From Bacteroidota bacterium (GTDB lineage: Bacteria; Bacteroidota; Bacteroidia; UKL13-3), in assembly GCA_013298895.1 (NCBI GenBank), contig JAAFJM010000002.1, forward strand, positions 6,427 through 70,426: 64,000 nt of DNA. The letters are read 5' to 3'. Both the position numbers and the translations under genes were made by a program. The notes below the pieces were generated by a model. It made no database searches and was not told the DNA's origin. It saw only the letters and a program-made list of their open reading frames with translations. Shown here piece by piece: positions 1 to 8,732 of this stretch; positions within the stretch are counted from its first letter, which is position 1, and each line of letters starts with the position of its first letter.

Positions 1-510
1 TTATTGCCAATTACACAATCATTGTAAATTTTCACACCTGCATAAATGATGCAATTTTCGCCAATAGTTACATTATCACCAATATAAGTTGTAGGATAAA
101 TTTGCGTACTGTTTCCAATTTTTACGCCTTTGGCAATATAAGCCAAAGCTCCTACATATAAATTTGAGCCTAATTCGGCCGATTTATCTATAACCGCACC
201 TTCTTCAATTCCTTCTTTTTTATTGGCATAAGCTGCAAATTGTTCTAACAATAAGGTGAACGAAGCATACGCATTTTCTACTTTTATTAAAGTAGCTTTT
301 ATTTCTTGGCTAGGGATAAAATCGTTATTTACCAAAACCACACTTGATTTGGTATCGTAAATATGCGATTCATATTTCATATTAGCTAAAAACGACAAAG
401 CTCCTTCTTTGCCATCTTCAATTTTTGCTACCGTATGAAGCAATATATCAGGGTTTCCAACTACTGCCCCGTTTAACAATTGCGCTAATTGCGCTACACT
501 AATTTGCATT
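1..510 (-). CDS. lpxD: UDP-3-O-acylglucosamine N-acyltransferase LpxD, N-terminal ~170 aa (partial; gene continues past the window start)
   Basis: Manual translation of the minus strand from ATG at 508-510 gives MQISVAQLAQLLNGAVVGNPDILLHTVAKIEDGKEGALSFLANMKYESHIYD... followed by hexapeptide-repeat (left-handed beta-helix) sequence. The reading frame is still open at nt 1. This ORF is absent from the supplied track because it touches the window edge. Confidence 0.75.
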
Positions 511-612
511 TTCTAAAATTTATGAAGTACGAATATATAAGATTGATTTACAAAATGGCAAAAAACCAATTTGCTTAAAGTTAATTTATGAATATTTTAA
601 AATTGAAAAAAA

Positions 613-2895
613 TTAATTGATAAATGCCACTTTACCTACAAACGATTTAGTTCCATCTTTACTTGCAGAAAAAATTAAGTAAACCCCAGTTGAAACTCTT
701 GAACCTGCAAAATTTTTACCATCCCAAGTTGCAAAACCTCCATAAGATTGTGTTTCTGCTACCAAATTGCCGGCTATATCTGTAATTTTTACGTTTGCAT
801 TTGCTTCTGCTAAACCCTTAATAGAAATATTTCCAATAAAATTAGGGCGAACAGGATTTGGGTAAATATCTACTGCACTATAATCTCCCTTAACTTCAGT
901 AGCATCAGCCATGAAGCTAACCATACCTTTTAAAGTACTAAAAAAAACTTCTCCGGTATTATCATTTACACCTATACTCAAAATATTATTATCTATTAAT
1001 GAACTGTTTTTGGTAGTAAAATTATGAATTACAGTATATCCATCGCTTGATACTAACCAAGCACCATTATTAGTTCCAATCCACTTTCTATTGGCTTTAT
1101 CAACAGTTATGGAAGTTACATTTTCTCCGCCCAAAAAATTGGAATAAACCAAGCCTGTTTTTATTACAATTTGACGAGAATCAAATGATGTTTTATCTGA
1201 ACCATCAAATACACTTTCAGGACTACTAAAAATACTTAAACCTTCGCTGGTTCCGACCCAAATTTCCCCATTTTTATCTTTAGCCAGACAATTAACCTGA
1301 TTACTTGCTAATGCACCATTTCCAATATCCTTATTCAATACTTTATAAGCATCATCATTAGCGTTATTAATATCTAATCCATTATTATATACAAGTAAGC
1401 CGCCCTCACGCGAATGAGCAACCCATTTTTGATTCATATCGTCAATGGCAATGGCAGTAACATAATTACTTCCGCCAAAAACGTTACCTACTGAAAAACA
1501 TTGCAACGTTCCGTCTGACTTTAACGCACACAATGGTTGACCACTAGAATGATTAGTAAACCATAAATTATTATCGGCATCAAAAGCCAATGCCGGAACA
1601 CGGCAACTACCTCCAAATGCCTCTTGTAAAATGCTATTGTTTTTATTATAGACCGCTTCTACTCGGCCAGTCAAATCCATTTTAACCAATCCTGAACCAT
1701 AAGAAGCTGCGTATAATTTTTCATTTATATTGTCGTATGCTATTGACAAAATATCTCTTATAGAGTCAGGTGTAATTGCATTTCCTTGACTAGTATTAGT
1801 CCAAATATTATTATCAAAAATATACAATCCGTTGTGACTAAAACTTTCGTTAAAATAGGGTGCATAGCCACTAGCAGCATATATTTTTCCTTTGATAAAT
1901 TTAAAATCAGTTGCAATTTTATTATATGGCCCATTTGGATAAACAAAGTCAGAACCATTAAACTCTCCACCTGGAAAAAGATGGATGCCCGCAAAATTAT
2001 CAACACAAGCAAATCGGTTATTAGTTAGTTGGACTGCGGAGTTTTTAAGAGCTTTACCGGTTTTGGTTATTACATTATTTGCAGCAATTTCACTTACGTT
2101 TAAATAGGTAGTGACAATTAATTTATTATTACTAATCACCAAATCAAGTACATTGTTCAAATCAGAATCATTACTTGCTGTCCAAGTACTATTGCTAAAG
2201 GTATTTAAAACACTGTCAATTTCGGCATACAGCATTCCATTATAAGCTTCTATTTTATTAGTTTTAGAAGATGATTTAACCAAACTCCAAAAGTTAAAAT
2301 CGCTTAAGTTACCACTGTTTAATTTAGCTCTGTAAACACCATTATAGGTAGATGCATAAATAAAATTATCTAAAATGGCTACATCTAAAATTTCTATATT
2401 ACTTCCATTAACACCAATATTTTGGTACGAATCAGTGATTTGTTTTTTATTAATATCAATTACTACAATACCAAAACTACAAGCCAAATAGGCTTTTCCG
2501 TTAAAAAAGGTTACATCGTTAATTGATTTTTTGCCAATTACATTGCGTTGAAAAATTTGTGGCATATTGGTAATTACTTCATTTTGGAGTAAATCAATAT
2601 TTCCATTTTCATAAACAATAAAAAGTAAATTGTTATTTGGATTGCTGCGCAATAACTTAACTTCCACGTCTGAAAGTCCATTCACTTTTGAAATACGTTC
2701 TAGTTCTTTATCCACTTCATTGTATGAAAAAACTGAACTTGATGATCCGACATAAACTGTACTGCCAATAGCAGCTATGGTTTTATTTTGCCAATAAGGC
2801 AAATGAACGCGCCAAGTTCCTAGGCCACCAGCAGGTTGAGCTATAATAAAAATGGGTAAAAACAGATATAGCGTGGTGCAAATTTTTTTAATCAT
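613..2895 (-). CDS. Secreted beta-propeller-like repeat protein with a T9SS C-terminal sorting domain
   Basis: The 760-aa ORF has an N-terminal signal peptide (LFLPIFIIAQ). The body contains repeated Gly/Asn-rich beta-strand motifs resembling two-component-regulator propeller repeats. The C-terminus (VYPNPVRPNF...GVYLIFSASKDGTKSFVGKVAFIN) matches the Por/T9SS C-terminal-domain (CTD) pattern. Confidence 0.7.
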   Translation of the reverse strand: MIKKICTTLYLFLPIFIIAQPAGGLGTWRVHLPYWQNKTIAAIGSTVYVGSSSSVFSYNEVDKELERISKVNGLSDVEVKLLRSNPNNNLLFIVYENGNIDLLQNEVITNMPQIFQRNVIGKKSINDVTFFNGKAYLACSFGIVVIDINKKQITDSYQNIGVNGSNIEILDVAILDNFIYASTYNGVYRAKLNSGNLSDFNFWSLVKSSSKTNKIEAYNGMLYAEIDSVLNTFSNSTWTASNDSDLNNVLDLVISNNKLIVTTYLNVSEIAANNVITKTGKALKNSAVQLTNNRFACVDNFAGIHLFPGGEFNGSDFVYPNGPYNKIATDFKFIKGKIYAASGYAPYFNESFSHNGLYIFDNNIWTNTSQGNAITPDSIRDILSIAYDNINEKLYAASYGSGLVKMDLTGRVEAVYNKNNSILQEAFGGSCRVPALAFDADNNLWFTNHSSGQPLCALKSDGTLQCFSVGNVFGGSNYVTAIAIDDMNQKWVAHSREGGLLVYNNGLDINNANDDAYKVLNKDIGNGALASNQVNCLAKDKNGEIWVGTSEGLSIFSSPESVFDGSDKTSFDSRQIVIKTGLVYSNFLGGENVTSITVDKANRKWIGTNNGAWLVSSDGYTVIHNFTTKNSSLIDNNILSIGVNDNTGEVFFSTLKGMVSFMADATEVKGDYSAVDIYPNPVRPNFIGNISIKGLAEANANVKITDIAGNLVAETQSYGGFATWDGKNFAGSRVSTGVYLIFSASKDGTKSFVGKVAFIN

Positions 2896-3009
2896 TATAA
2901 GGCAAATTAATAAAAACTATTTCTCAAACGTTTCATTTGAATAATTATTTTACAATTATATGAAATCAAATGGTAAGCCTCAATTATTTGTTTATTTTGC
3001 GCAAGTTTT

Positions 3010-5358
3010 ATGTGGAGCAAATTAGCTGATTTTATTTTAAGATATAGATGGCAAAGCCTTTTAGCCATTGCAATTACTACCGTATTTTTTGGATACTATG
3101 CCGGTAAAGTTCAACTTACTTACGATTTTGCTAAGATAATTCCGGCCGATGACCCCGATTATATTGACTACATAAAGTTTAAAAATACTTTTGGCGAAGA
3201 TGGAAACGTTTTAGTTATTGGTGTTCAGTCAGACAAAATTTTTGAATACAATTTTTTTAACGATTGGAGTAATTTAACCAAACAAATAGAAGGAATTGAT
3301 GGCATTGAAAAAGTTGTATCCTTAAGCAATATTCAAACCATTTTACGAAACGATAGCTTACAAACGCTTAGTTTACAGCCATTACTTAAGAGCAAAATAG
3401 AAAACCAAAGTCAACTTGATAGTTTTAAAAACCAAGTTGCAGATTTGAAATTTTATAACGGATTTTTATACAACCCCGAAAGCAATGTTACGCTTTTAGC
3501 CATTACCTTAAAAAAAGAAAAGCTAGACAGCAAAGAACGTATTCCGTTGGTTAACAGTATAGAACAAGCTGCTGACGCATTTGGTAAAAAATATGGTTGC
3601 GAAATGCATTATTCCGGTTTGCCATACGTGCGCACTGTTATGAGTAGCAAGGTGGCCGATGAAATTAAGATTTTTATTTACCTATCTATTTTGGTAACTG
3701 CCATTTTTATTTTTGTTTTCTTTAGGTTTATTAGTGCTGTTATTTTATCGCTAGTAGTAGTAATAGTTGGGGTAGTTTGCACGGTTGGTACTATAGCTTT
3801 ATTTGGTTACAAAATAAGTTTACTTACAGGTATTATTCCGCCTTTAATGGTAATAGTTGGGGTGCAAAATTGTATTTATTTGCTCAATGTGTACCATCAA
3901 GAGTTTTTAAAACATAACGATAAAATTAAGGCCATTAAAGAGTTAATTGCCAAAAATGGTTTAGCGTTATTTTTAACCAATATTACTACTGCCATTGGTT
4001 TTTGCGTTTTTAGTTTTTCAGGAAGCGCTGTTTTAGACCAATTTTCGGTTGTTTCTGGTATCAATATCATGCTAATTTATGTAATCAGTTTGGTGTTTAT
4101 TCCAATAGTTTACAGTTATTTACCACCTCCCAAAGTTAAACATACCAAACATTTAGAAGCTAAGCGTTTAAATAAAGTATTAGCGTTTTGTAATTACTTG
4201 GTTTATAACAAACGTAAGGCCATTTATATTTCAACTATTTTATTGGTATTAGCCAGTGTTGGCGGTGCTTTAATGGTTGATGGAACAGGTTATGTGGTAG
4301 ATGATATGCCTGAAGAAAATAAGGTGTACAAAGACTTAAAGTTTTTTGAAAAGAACTTGAAAGGTATTTTACCTTATGAAATAGCCATTGATACCAAACG
4401 TCCAAATGGCATTAAGGATTATGCAACGCTTCAAAAAATTAACAGATTAGAAAAAGAATTGGCTAAAATTCCTGAGTTTAGCAAAGCTACTTCTGTAGTT
4501 GATTTCTTAAAATTTGCCAACCAAGGCATGAATAATGGCGATGTACGTTACTATCAATTGCCCGATGTATTGGCTATTAGTGAAATAGTAAACTATTTAC
4601 CCAAACAACAAGCAGGTAAGCCTAATTTATTAAAATCAATGGTGGATAGCACTTTTCAAACGGCTAGGGTTAGTATTCAAATGGCCGATGTTGGTTCAAC
4701 TGATATTAAACGCATCCATCAAATGGTGCAACAAAAGGTAGATTCTATTTTTGATAAAGATAAATACTCGGTAAAACTTACTGGAACCAGCGCTATATTT
4801 TTAAAAGGAAACGATTATTTAATCAATAACTTATTGAGTTCAGTATTTTGGGCTTTGGTGCTTAATTCATTCATGATGATATTTTTATTTGCTTCATGGC
4901 GCATGATGCTAATTTCGTTATTGCCAAACATCATTCCTTTAATTGTTACTTTAGGAATTATGGGCTTTTTCCATATCAGGTTAAAACCATCCACCATTAT
5001 TATTTTTAGTATTGCTTATGGAATTGTGGTTGATTTTACCATTCATTATTTGGCTAAGTATAGGCATAGCCTTAAAAAACATAATTGGGATATGAGCATT
5101 GCCATTCCTGAAAGTTTAACCGAAGCTGGACCAAGTATTATTTACACAGCTGTTGCACTTTTTGGTGGATTTATCATATTTGCGGCAAGCTCGTTTGGAG
5201 GAACTATTGCCTTGGGTGTATTAACATCATTATCATTAATTTTTGGTATGTTGATGAATTTGTTATTACTTCCTTCTTTATTGCTTTCGTTGGAAAAATC
5301 AATCAATAACAAAAAAGAGTTTGATACCACTTTTGTGGAGGTTGAACCAGAGGATTAG
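3010..5358 (+). CDS. RND-superfamily exporter (MMPL/sterol-sensing-like 12-TM transporter)
   Basis: The 782-aa ORF has two hydrophobic 6-TM bundles, each preceded by a large hydrophilic loop, which is typical MMPL/HpnN-like RND architecture. The substrate is unknown. Confidence 0.65.
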   Translation: MWSKLADFILRYRWQSLLAIAITTVFFGYYAGKVQLTYDFAKIIPADDPDYIDYIKFKNTFGEDGNVLVIGVQSDKIFEYNFFNDWSNLTKQIEGIDGIEKVVSLSNIQTILRNDSLQTLSLQPLLKSKIENQSQLDSFKNQVADLKFYNGFLYNPESNVTLLAITLKKEKLDSKERIPLVNSIEQAADAFGKKYGCEMHYSGLPYVRTVMSSKVADEIKIFIYLSILVTAIFIFVFFRFISAVILSLVVVIVGVVCTVGTIALFGYKISLLTGIIPPLMVIVGVQNCIYLLNVYHQEFLKHNDKIKAIKELIAKNGLALFLTNITTAIGFCVFSFSGSAVLDQFSVVSGINIMLIYVISLVFIPIVYSYLPPPKVKHTKHLEAKRLNKVLAFCNYLVYNKRKAIYISTILLVLASVGGALMVDGTGYVVDDMPEENKVYKDLKFFEKNLKGILPYEIAIDTKRPNGIKDYATLQKINRLEKELAKIPEFSKATSVVDFLKFANQGMNNGDVRYYQLPDVLAISEIVNYLPKQQAGKPNLLKSMVDSTFQTARVSIQMADVGSTDIKRIHQMVQQKVDSIFDKDKYSVKLTGTSAIFLKGNDYLINNLLSSVFWALVLNSFMMIFLFASWRMMLISLLPNIIPLIVTLGIMGFFHIRLKPSTIIIFSIAYGIVVDFTIHYLAKYRHSLKKHNWDMSIAIPESLTEAGPSIIYTAVALFGGFIIFAASSFGGTIALGVLTSLSLIFGMLMNLLLLPSLLLSLEKSINNKKEFDTTFVEVEPED

Positions 5359-5436
5359 TTGAAAGTTAATGGTTGTTAGTTGGAAGCTTTTATAAATACA
5401 ACCACAATTTAATTAAGTACTCAAACCAATAAGAAA

Positions 5437-5460
5437 GCCCAAGTTTTCACTTGGCTTTTT
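5437..5460 (+). terminator. Rho-independent terminator after the RND exporter gene
   Basis: Stem CCAAGT/ACTTGG with loop tttc, followed by a T5 run. Confidence 0.45.
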
Positions 5461-5822
5461 GCGTTTAGTTCTAATCCAAGGCTAGCATTAGGGCGGTATT
5501 TCAATTCCTCAATGGTTGACATAGCAAAACACAAATTACTAACTAAATTGGTTAATTAGAAATAAGATTTCTTTAAACTATTCTTGCAAAACTCCGAAGG
5601 TGTTTAATTTAAATAGCACCGAGTTTCGCTCGGTGAAAGGCAAAACATCCAATAAAAACAACTCTGAAGGAGTTGAATAACAGAAACCAATTGAAGGGGA
5701 TTTGGTAACAAATTTTTCGAATCCAGCTTCTCTTTAGTAATTTTTTTAAATTGAGATATTACAAATAATTTTGAGACTATAAAACCATTGAACAATTCAA
5801 CAAATAAGCTATTTTTGAAAAG

Positions 5823-7787
5823 TTGATACCTCAAGCTAAAATAGACGAAATAATTCAAGCTGCAAATATTGAACAAGTAATTGGCGACTATGTGCGTTTA
5901 AAACGCAGAGGGGCCAATTTAACTGGGCTTTGCCCATTCCATTCCGAAAAATCTCCCTCCTTCTCAGTTAGTCCAGCCAAAGGCATTTTTAAATGTTTTG
6001 GTTGCGGCAAAGCCGGCAATGTGGTAAATTTTGTGATGGAACATGATAGCTTAGGCTATATTCCTGCTTTAAAACATTTAGCTGAAAAGTTCAACGTAGA
6101 ATGGCCACAGCAAGAGTTTGTAAATGTAGATGAAGAGCGCAAACAACGAGATGAAAAGGAGAGTTTACAAATATTAAATAACTGGGCTAACGATTATTTT
6201 CAGGATATTTTATGGCAAAATGAAACAGGTCAAGCTGTTGGGTTAAGCTATTTTGAAAACCGTGGCTTTAGGCACGATACTATCAAAAAATTTAACCTTG
6301 GTTTTAGTTTAGATAGTTGGTCGGCCTTTTTTGATAAAGCAGTAGCCAATCAATTTAGCGAAGAACTTTTATTTAGCTCGGGCTTAGTTAAACATAAGGA
6401 AGACAGTAAAAAATTTGATGCTTATCGTGGTCGTGTTATTTTTCCAATTCATAATTTAAATGGAAAAGTAATTGCTTTTGCGGGCAGGTATTTAAAAAAA
6501 GAACCCAATAGCCCAAAGTATGTAAACTCGCCCGAAACAATACTTTACCATAAAAGCAATGAGCTTTACGGCTTATATTTTGCAAAAAATGAAATTCGTA
6601 AGCAAGATTCAGTATACTTGGTAGAAGGTTATACCGATGTAATAAGCATGCACCAATCGGGTGTAGAAAATGTGGTTGCATCGAGTGGCACATCGCTTAC
6701 CGAAGGACAAATTAGGCTTATAAAAAGATTTACCGAAAATGTTACCGTACTTTTTGATGGTGATGCGGCAGGTATAAAAGCCAGTATTAGAGGTATTGAC
6801 ATGCTGTTGGAACAAGGTTTAAATGTTCGTGTATTAACTTTTCCGGATGGAGATGACCCTGATAGTTACAGCCAAAAAGTAGGCAGCGATGCTTTTAAAG
6901 AATATTTAGAAACCCAACGCCAAGATTTTATAGTATTTAAGGTAAATTTATTGCTGAATGATGCCGGAAATGATCCCATTAAAAAGGCAACTGTTACCCG
7001 CGATATTGTAGAAAGCATTAGTAAAATTCCTGATAGCATAAAACGTTCGGTATTTGTGAATGAATGCGCTCGGTTAATGAGCATTGACGAACAAGTGCTT
7101 TTGGTAGAGTTAAATAAATTGCGCAAGCAGTTTTTAACCGATAAAGATAGGGAACAACAGCAGCAACAAAGAAATGCTGAAAGCCAAGATTCATTTGAAG
7201 GTTTTGAGCCTATACCAGAACAAGGTTATGTTGACGATTTACAAGATACCTTAAACGATTCGTCTATTTTTGATGAACAAGAACGTGATTTGATTCGTTT
7301 GATTATCAATTTTGCCAATAAAACCGTTAATGAAACCGAAACCGCTGCTAGCTATCTATTAAGGCAATTAATTGAAAAAGAAATTGAAATTGACCATCCA
7401 ATAGTAACACTAATTTTAGATGAAACTTACCAAGTTATAGAGCGTGGCGAGATTGTAGATGATAAATTTTTCACCAATCATCAAAACCCTTTGATAACAG
7501 CTTTAGCAGCTGATATGCTTGCTCGTGAGTATATATTAAGTCCTAATTGGGAAAAGCGTGCTGCTGTAAAAATGGATTCCTTTTTTAAAGATACAAAAGC
7601 AGATATTGACTCAGCCATTTTACACTTACAAATTAAGTATATCAATAAATTGATTGTAAAAAATCAAAAAGAACTTAAACCCGAATTAACTGAAGAAGAT
7701 TTTGAACTTCATCAGCGTGTACACATGGATTTGACAAAAAAACGCAATGAACTTACCAAGAAAATTGGTACTGTGATAGTTAAGTAA
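5823..7787 (+). CDS. dnaG: DNA primase DnaG
   Basis: Contains the CHC2 zinc finger (CPFHSEKSPSFSV...CFGCGKAGN) and TOPRIM motifs (EGYTDV, DGDAAG), plus a C-terminal helicase-binding region. The track start is a TTG at 5823. Confidence 0.9.
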   Translation: MIPQAKIDEIIQAANIEQVIGDYVRLKRRGANLTGLCPFHSEKSPSFSVSPAKGIFKCFGCGKAGNVVNFVMEHDSLGYIPALKHLAEKFNVEWPQQEFVNVDEERKQRDEKESLQILNNWANDYFQDILWQNETGQAVGLSYFENRGFRHDTIKKFNLGFSLDSWSAFFDKAVANQFSEELLFSSGLVKHKEDSKKFDAYRGRVIFPIHNLNGKVIAFAGRYLKKEPNSPKYVNSPETILYHKSNELYGLYFAKNEIRKQDSVYLVEGYTDVISMHQSGVENVVASSGTSLTEGQIRLIKRFTENVTVLFDGDAAGIKASIRGIDMLLEQGLNVRVLTFPDGDDPDSYSQKVGSDAFKEYLETQRQDFIVFKVNLLLNDAGNDPIKKATVTRDIVESISKIPDSIKRSVFVNECARLMSIDEQVLLVELNKLRKQFLTDKDREQQQQQRNAESQDSFEGFEPIPEQGYVDDLQDTLNDSSIFDEQERDLIRLIINFANKTVNETETAASYLLRQLIEKEIEIDHPIVTLILDETYQVIERGEIVDDKFFTNHQNPLITALAADMLAREYILSPNWEKRAAVKMDSFFKDTKADIDSAILHLQIKYINKLIVKNQKELKPELTEEDFELHQRVHMDLTKKRNELTKKIGTVIVK

Positions 7788-7795
7788 GCGTAAAG

Positions 7796-7862
7796 TTCGA
7801 AGTTCGAAGTTCTGAGTTCGAAGTACTAAGTTCAAAGTACTGAGTTTGAAGTTTGAAACCCA
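7796..7862. repeat. Degenerate tandem repeat of ~7-13 nt units (AAGTTCGAAGTTC-like) between the convergent dnaG and TPR genes
   Basis: Read directly: aagttcgaagttcgaagttctgagttcgaagtactaagttcaaagtactgagtttgaagtttgaaac, followed by caaaaatcaaaaatca. Confidence 0.7.
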
Positions 7863-7887
7863 GCATTCAAAAATCAAAAATCAGATG

Positions 7888-8562
7888 CTATCCTGGAACA
7901 CGGGCAAGGTGTTTATCTAAATCTTTAATTTGAGCAACTACTTGTTCATTTTTAGCTTTGCAATTTTTAGCCCTTCTTAAAAAATCTTTCGAAGCTCTGA
8001 TATCGCGTTTGTTCATATAAATTTGAACCATACCCAATAAAGCCATTGCTTGACTTTCGTTGTCTAACGAACCTTTTAAGGCTTCTCTCATGTATTTTTC
8101 ACCTTCCTTGTAGCTGCCTTTTTGTAAAGCCATCATACCTAATTGCACATCAGTTGAACCTTTATTTTCGGCTAAGGTACTGCCAATAGAAGCACTTTTT
8201 TTCAATAGTTTTTCGGCTGAATCAAAATCTTTATTTGCCATAGCCAAATTACCTTTTAAAGTGTAATACGAACTACGAATAGGTTTGAACAATAAATTAG
8301 GAAACCATATAGTATTTAAAATACGTTCCACAGCTTCTACATCACCATTCTCCATTGGGTCTTGAATCAGGCGTAGTGGACCAATAAAAAAATGCGTAAA
8401 AATAGCAATAGCAGCTAAGGTGTAAAATATAATGGCTGCCCAAATATCGCCTAAGCCAGCAAACTGAAGTAAAAGACCAATGATCAACGAGGCTATTCCA
8501 GCCCAAAAACGGTATTTGATAAGTAAATTATAAAATTTCATATAATATTTTTTGCGTTGCAA
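7888..8562 (-). CDS. TPR-repeat membrane protein (hypothetical)
   Basis: The 224-aa ORF has two N-terminal TM helices and then TPR-like helical repeats. Confidence 0.55.
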   Translation of the reverse strand: MQRKKYYMKFYNLLIKYRFWAGIASLIIGLLLQFAGLGDIWAAIIFYTLAAIAIFTHFFIGPLRLIQDPMENGDVEAVERILNTIWFPNLLFKPIRSSYYTLKGNLAMANKDFDSAEKLLKKSASIGSTLAENKGSTDVQLGMMALQKGSYKEGEKYMREALKGSLDNESQAMALLGMVQIYMNKRDIRASKDFLRRAKNCKAKNEQVVAQIKDLDKHLARVPG

Positions 8563-8673
8563 ATGTATTAAAACCTAGCAAATATTAGCATGTAAGCGAA
8601 AAAATATCCCAACTTTCAACAATTTTTTGAGCAATAGGTATTTCATTATTTATTGGGAATACATATTTAAAAT

Positions 8674-8713
8674 AAAAAGGGTGCGAAAGTTTTTACAACT
8701 CCCGCACCTTTTC
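8674..8713 (-). terminator. Rho-independent terminator downstream of nrdA
   Basis: Stem GGGTGCG...CGCACC flanked by an A-run and a T-run, so it could act in both directions. Confidence 0.5.
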
Positions 8714-8732
8714 TAATTTATGAACTAATTAA

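Noticed and set aside
1758-2028. Overlapping 80- and 84-aa ORFs on both strands
   Set aside because: They lie inside the 760-aa T9SS cargo CDS and have no features of their own.
5700-5720. TTCGAATCC motif, which resembles a tRNA T-loop
   Set aside because: No complementary T-stem, acceptor stem or anticodon arm can be drawn on either strand. I found no tRNA in the window by eye.
5604-5876. 90-aa minus-strand ORF in the exporter-dnaG spacer
   Set aside because: It overlaps the dnaG start, its sequence is low-complexity and hydrophobic with no signal features, and it spans hairpins that look more like RNA structure.
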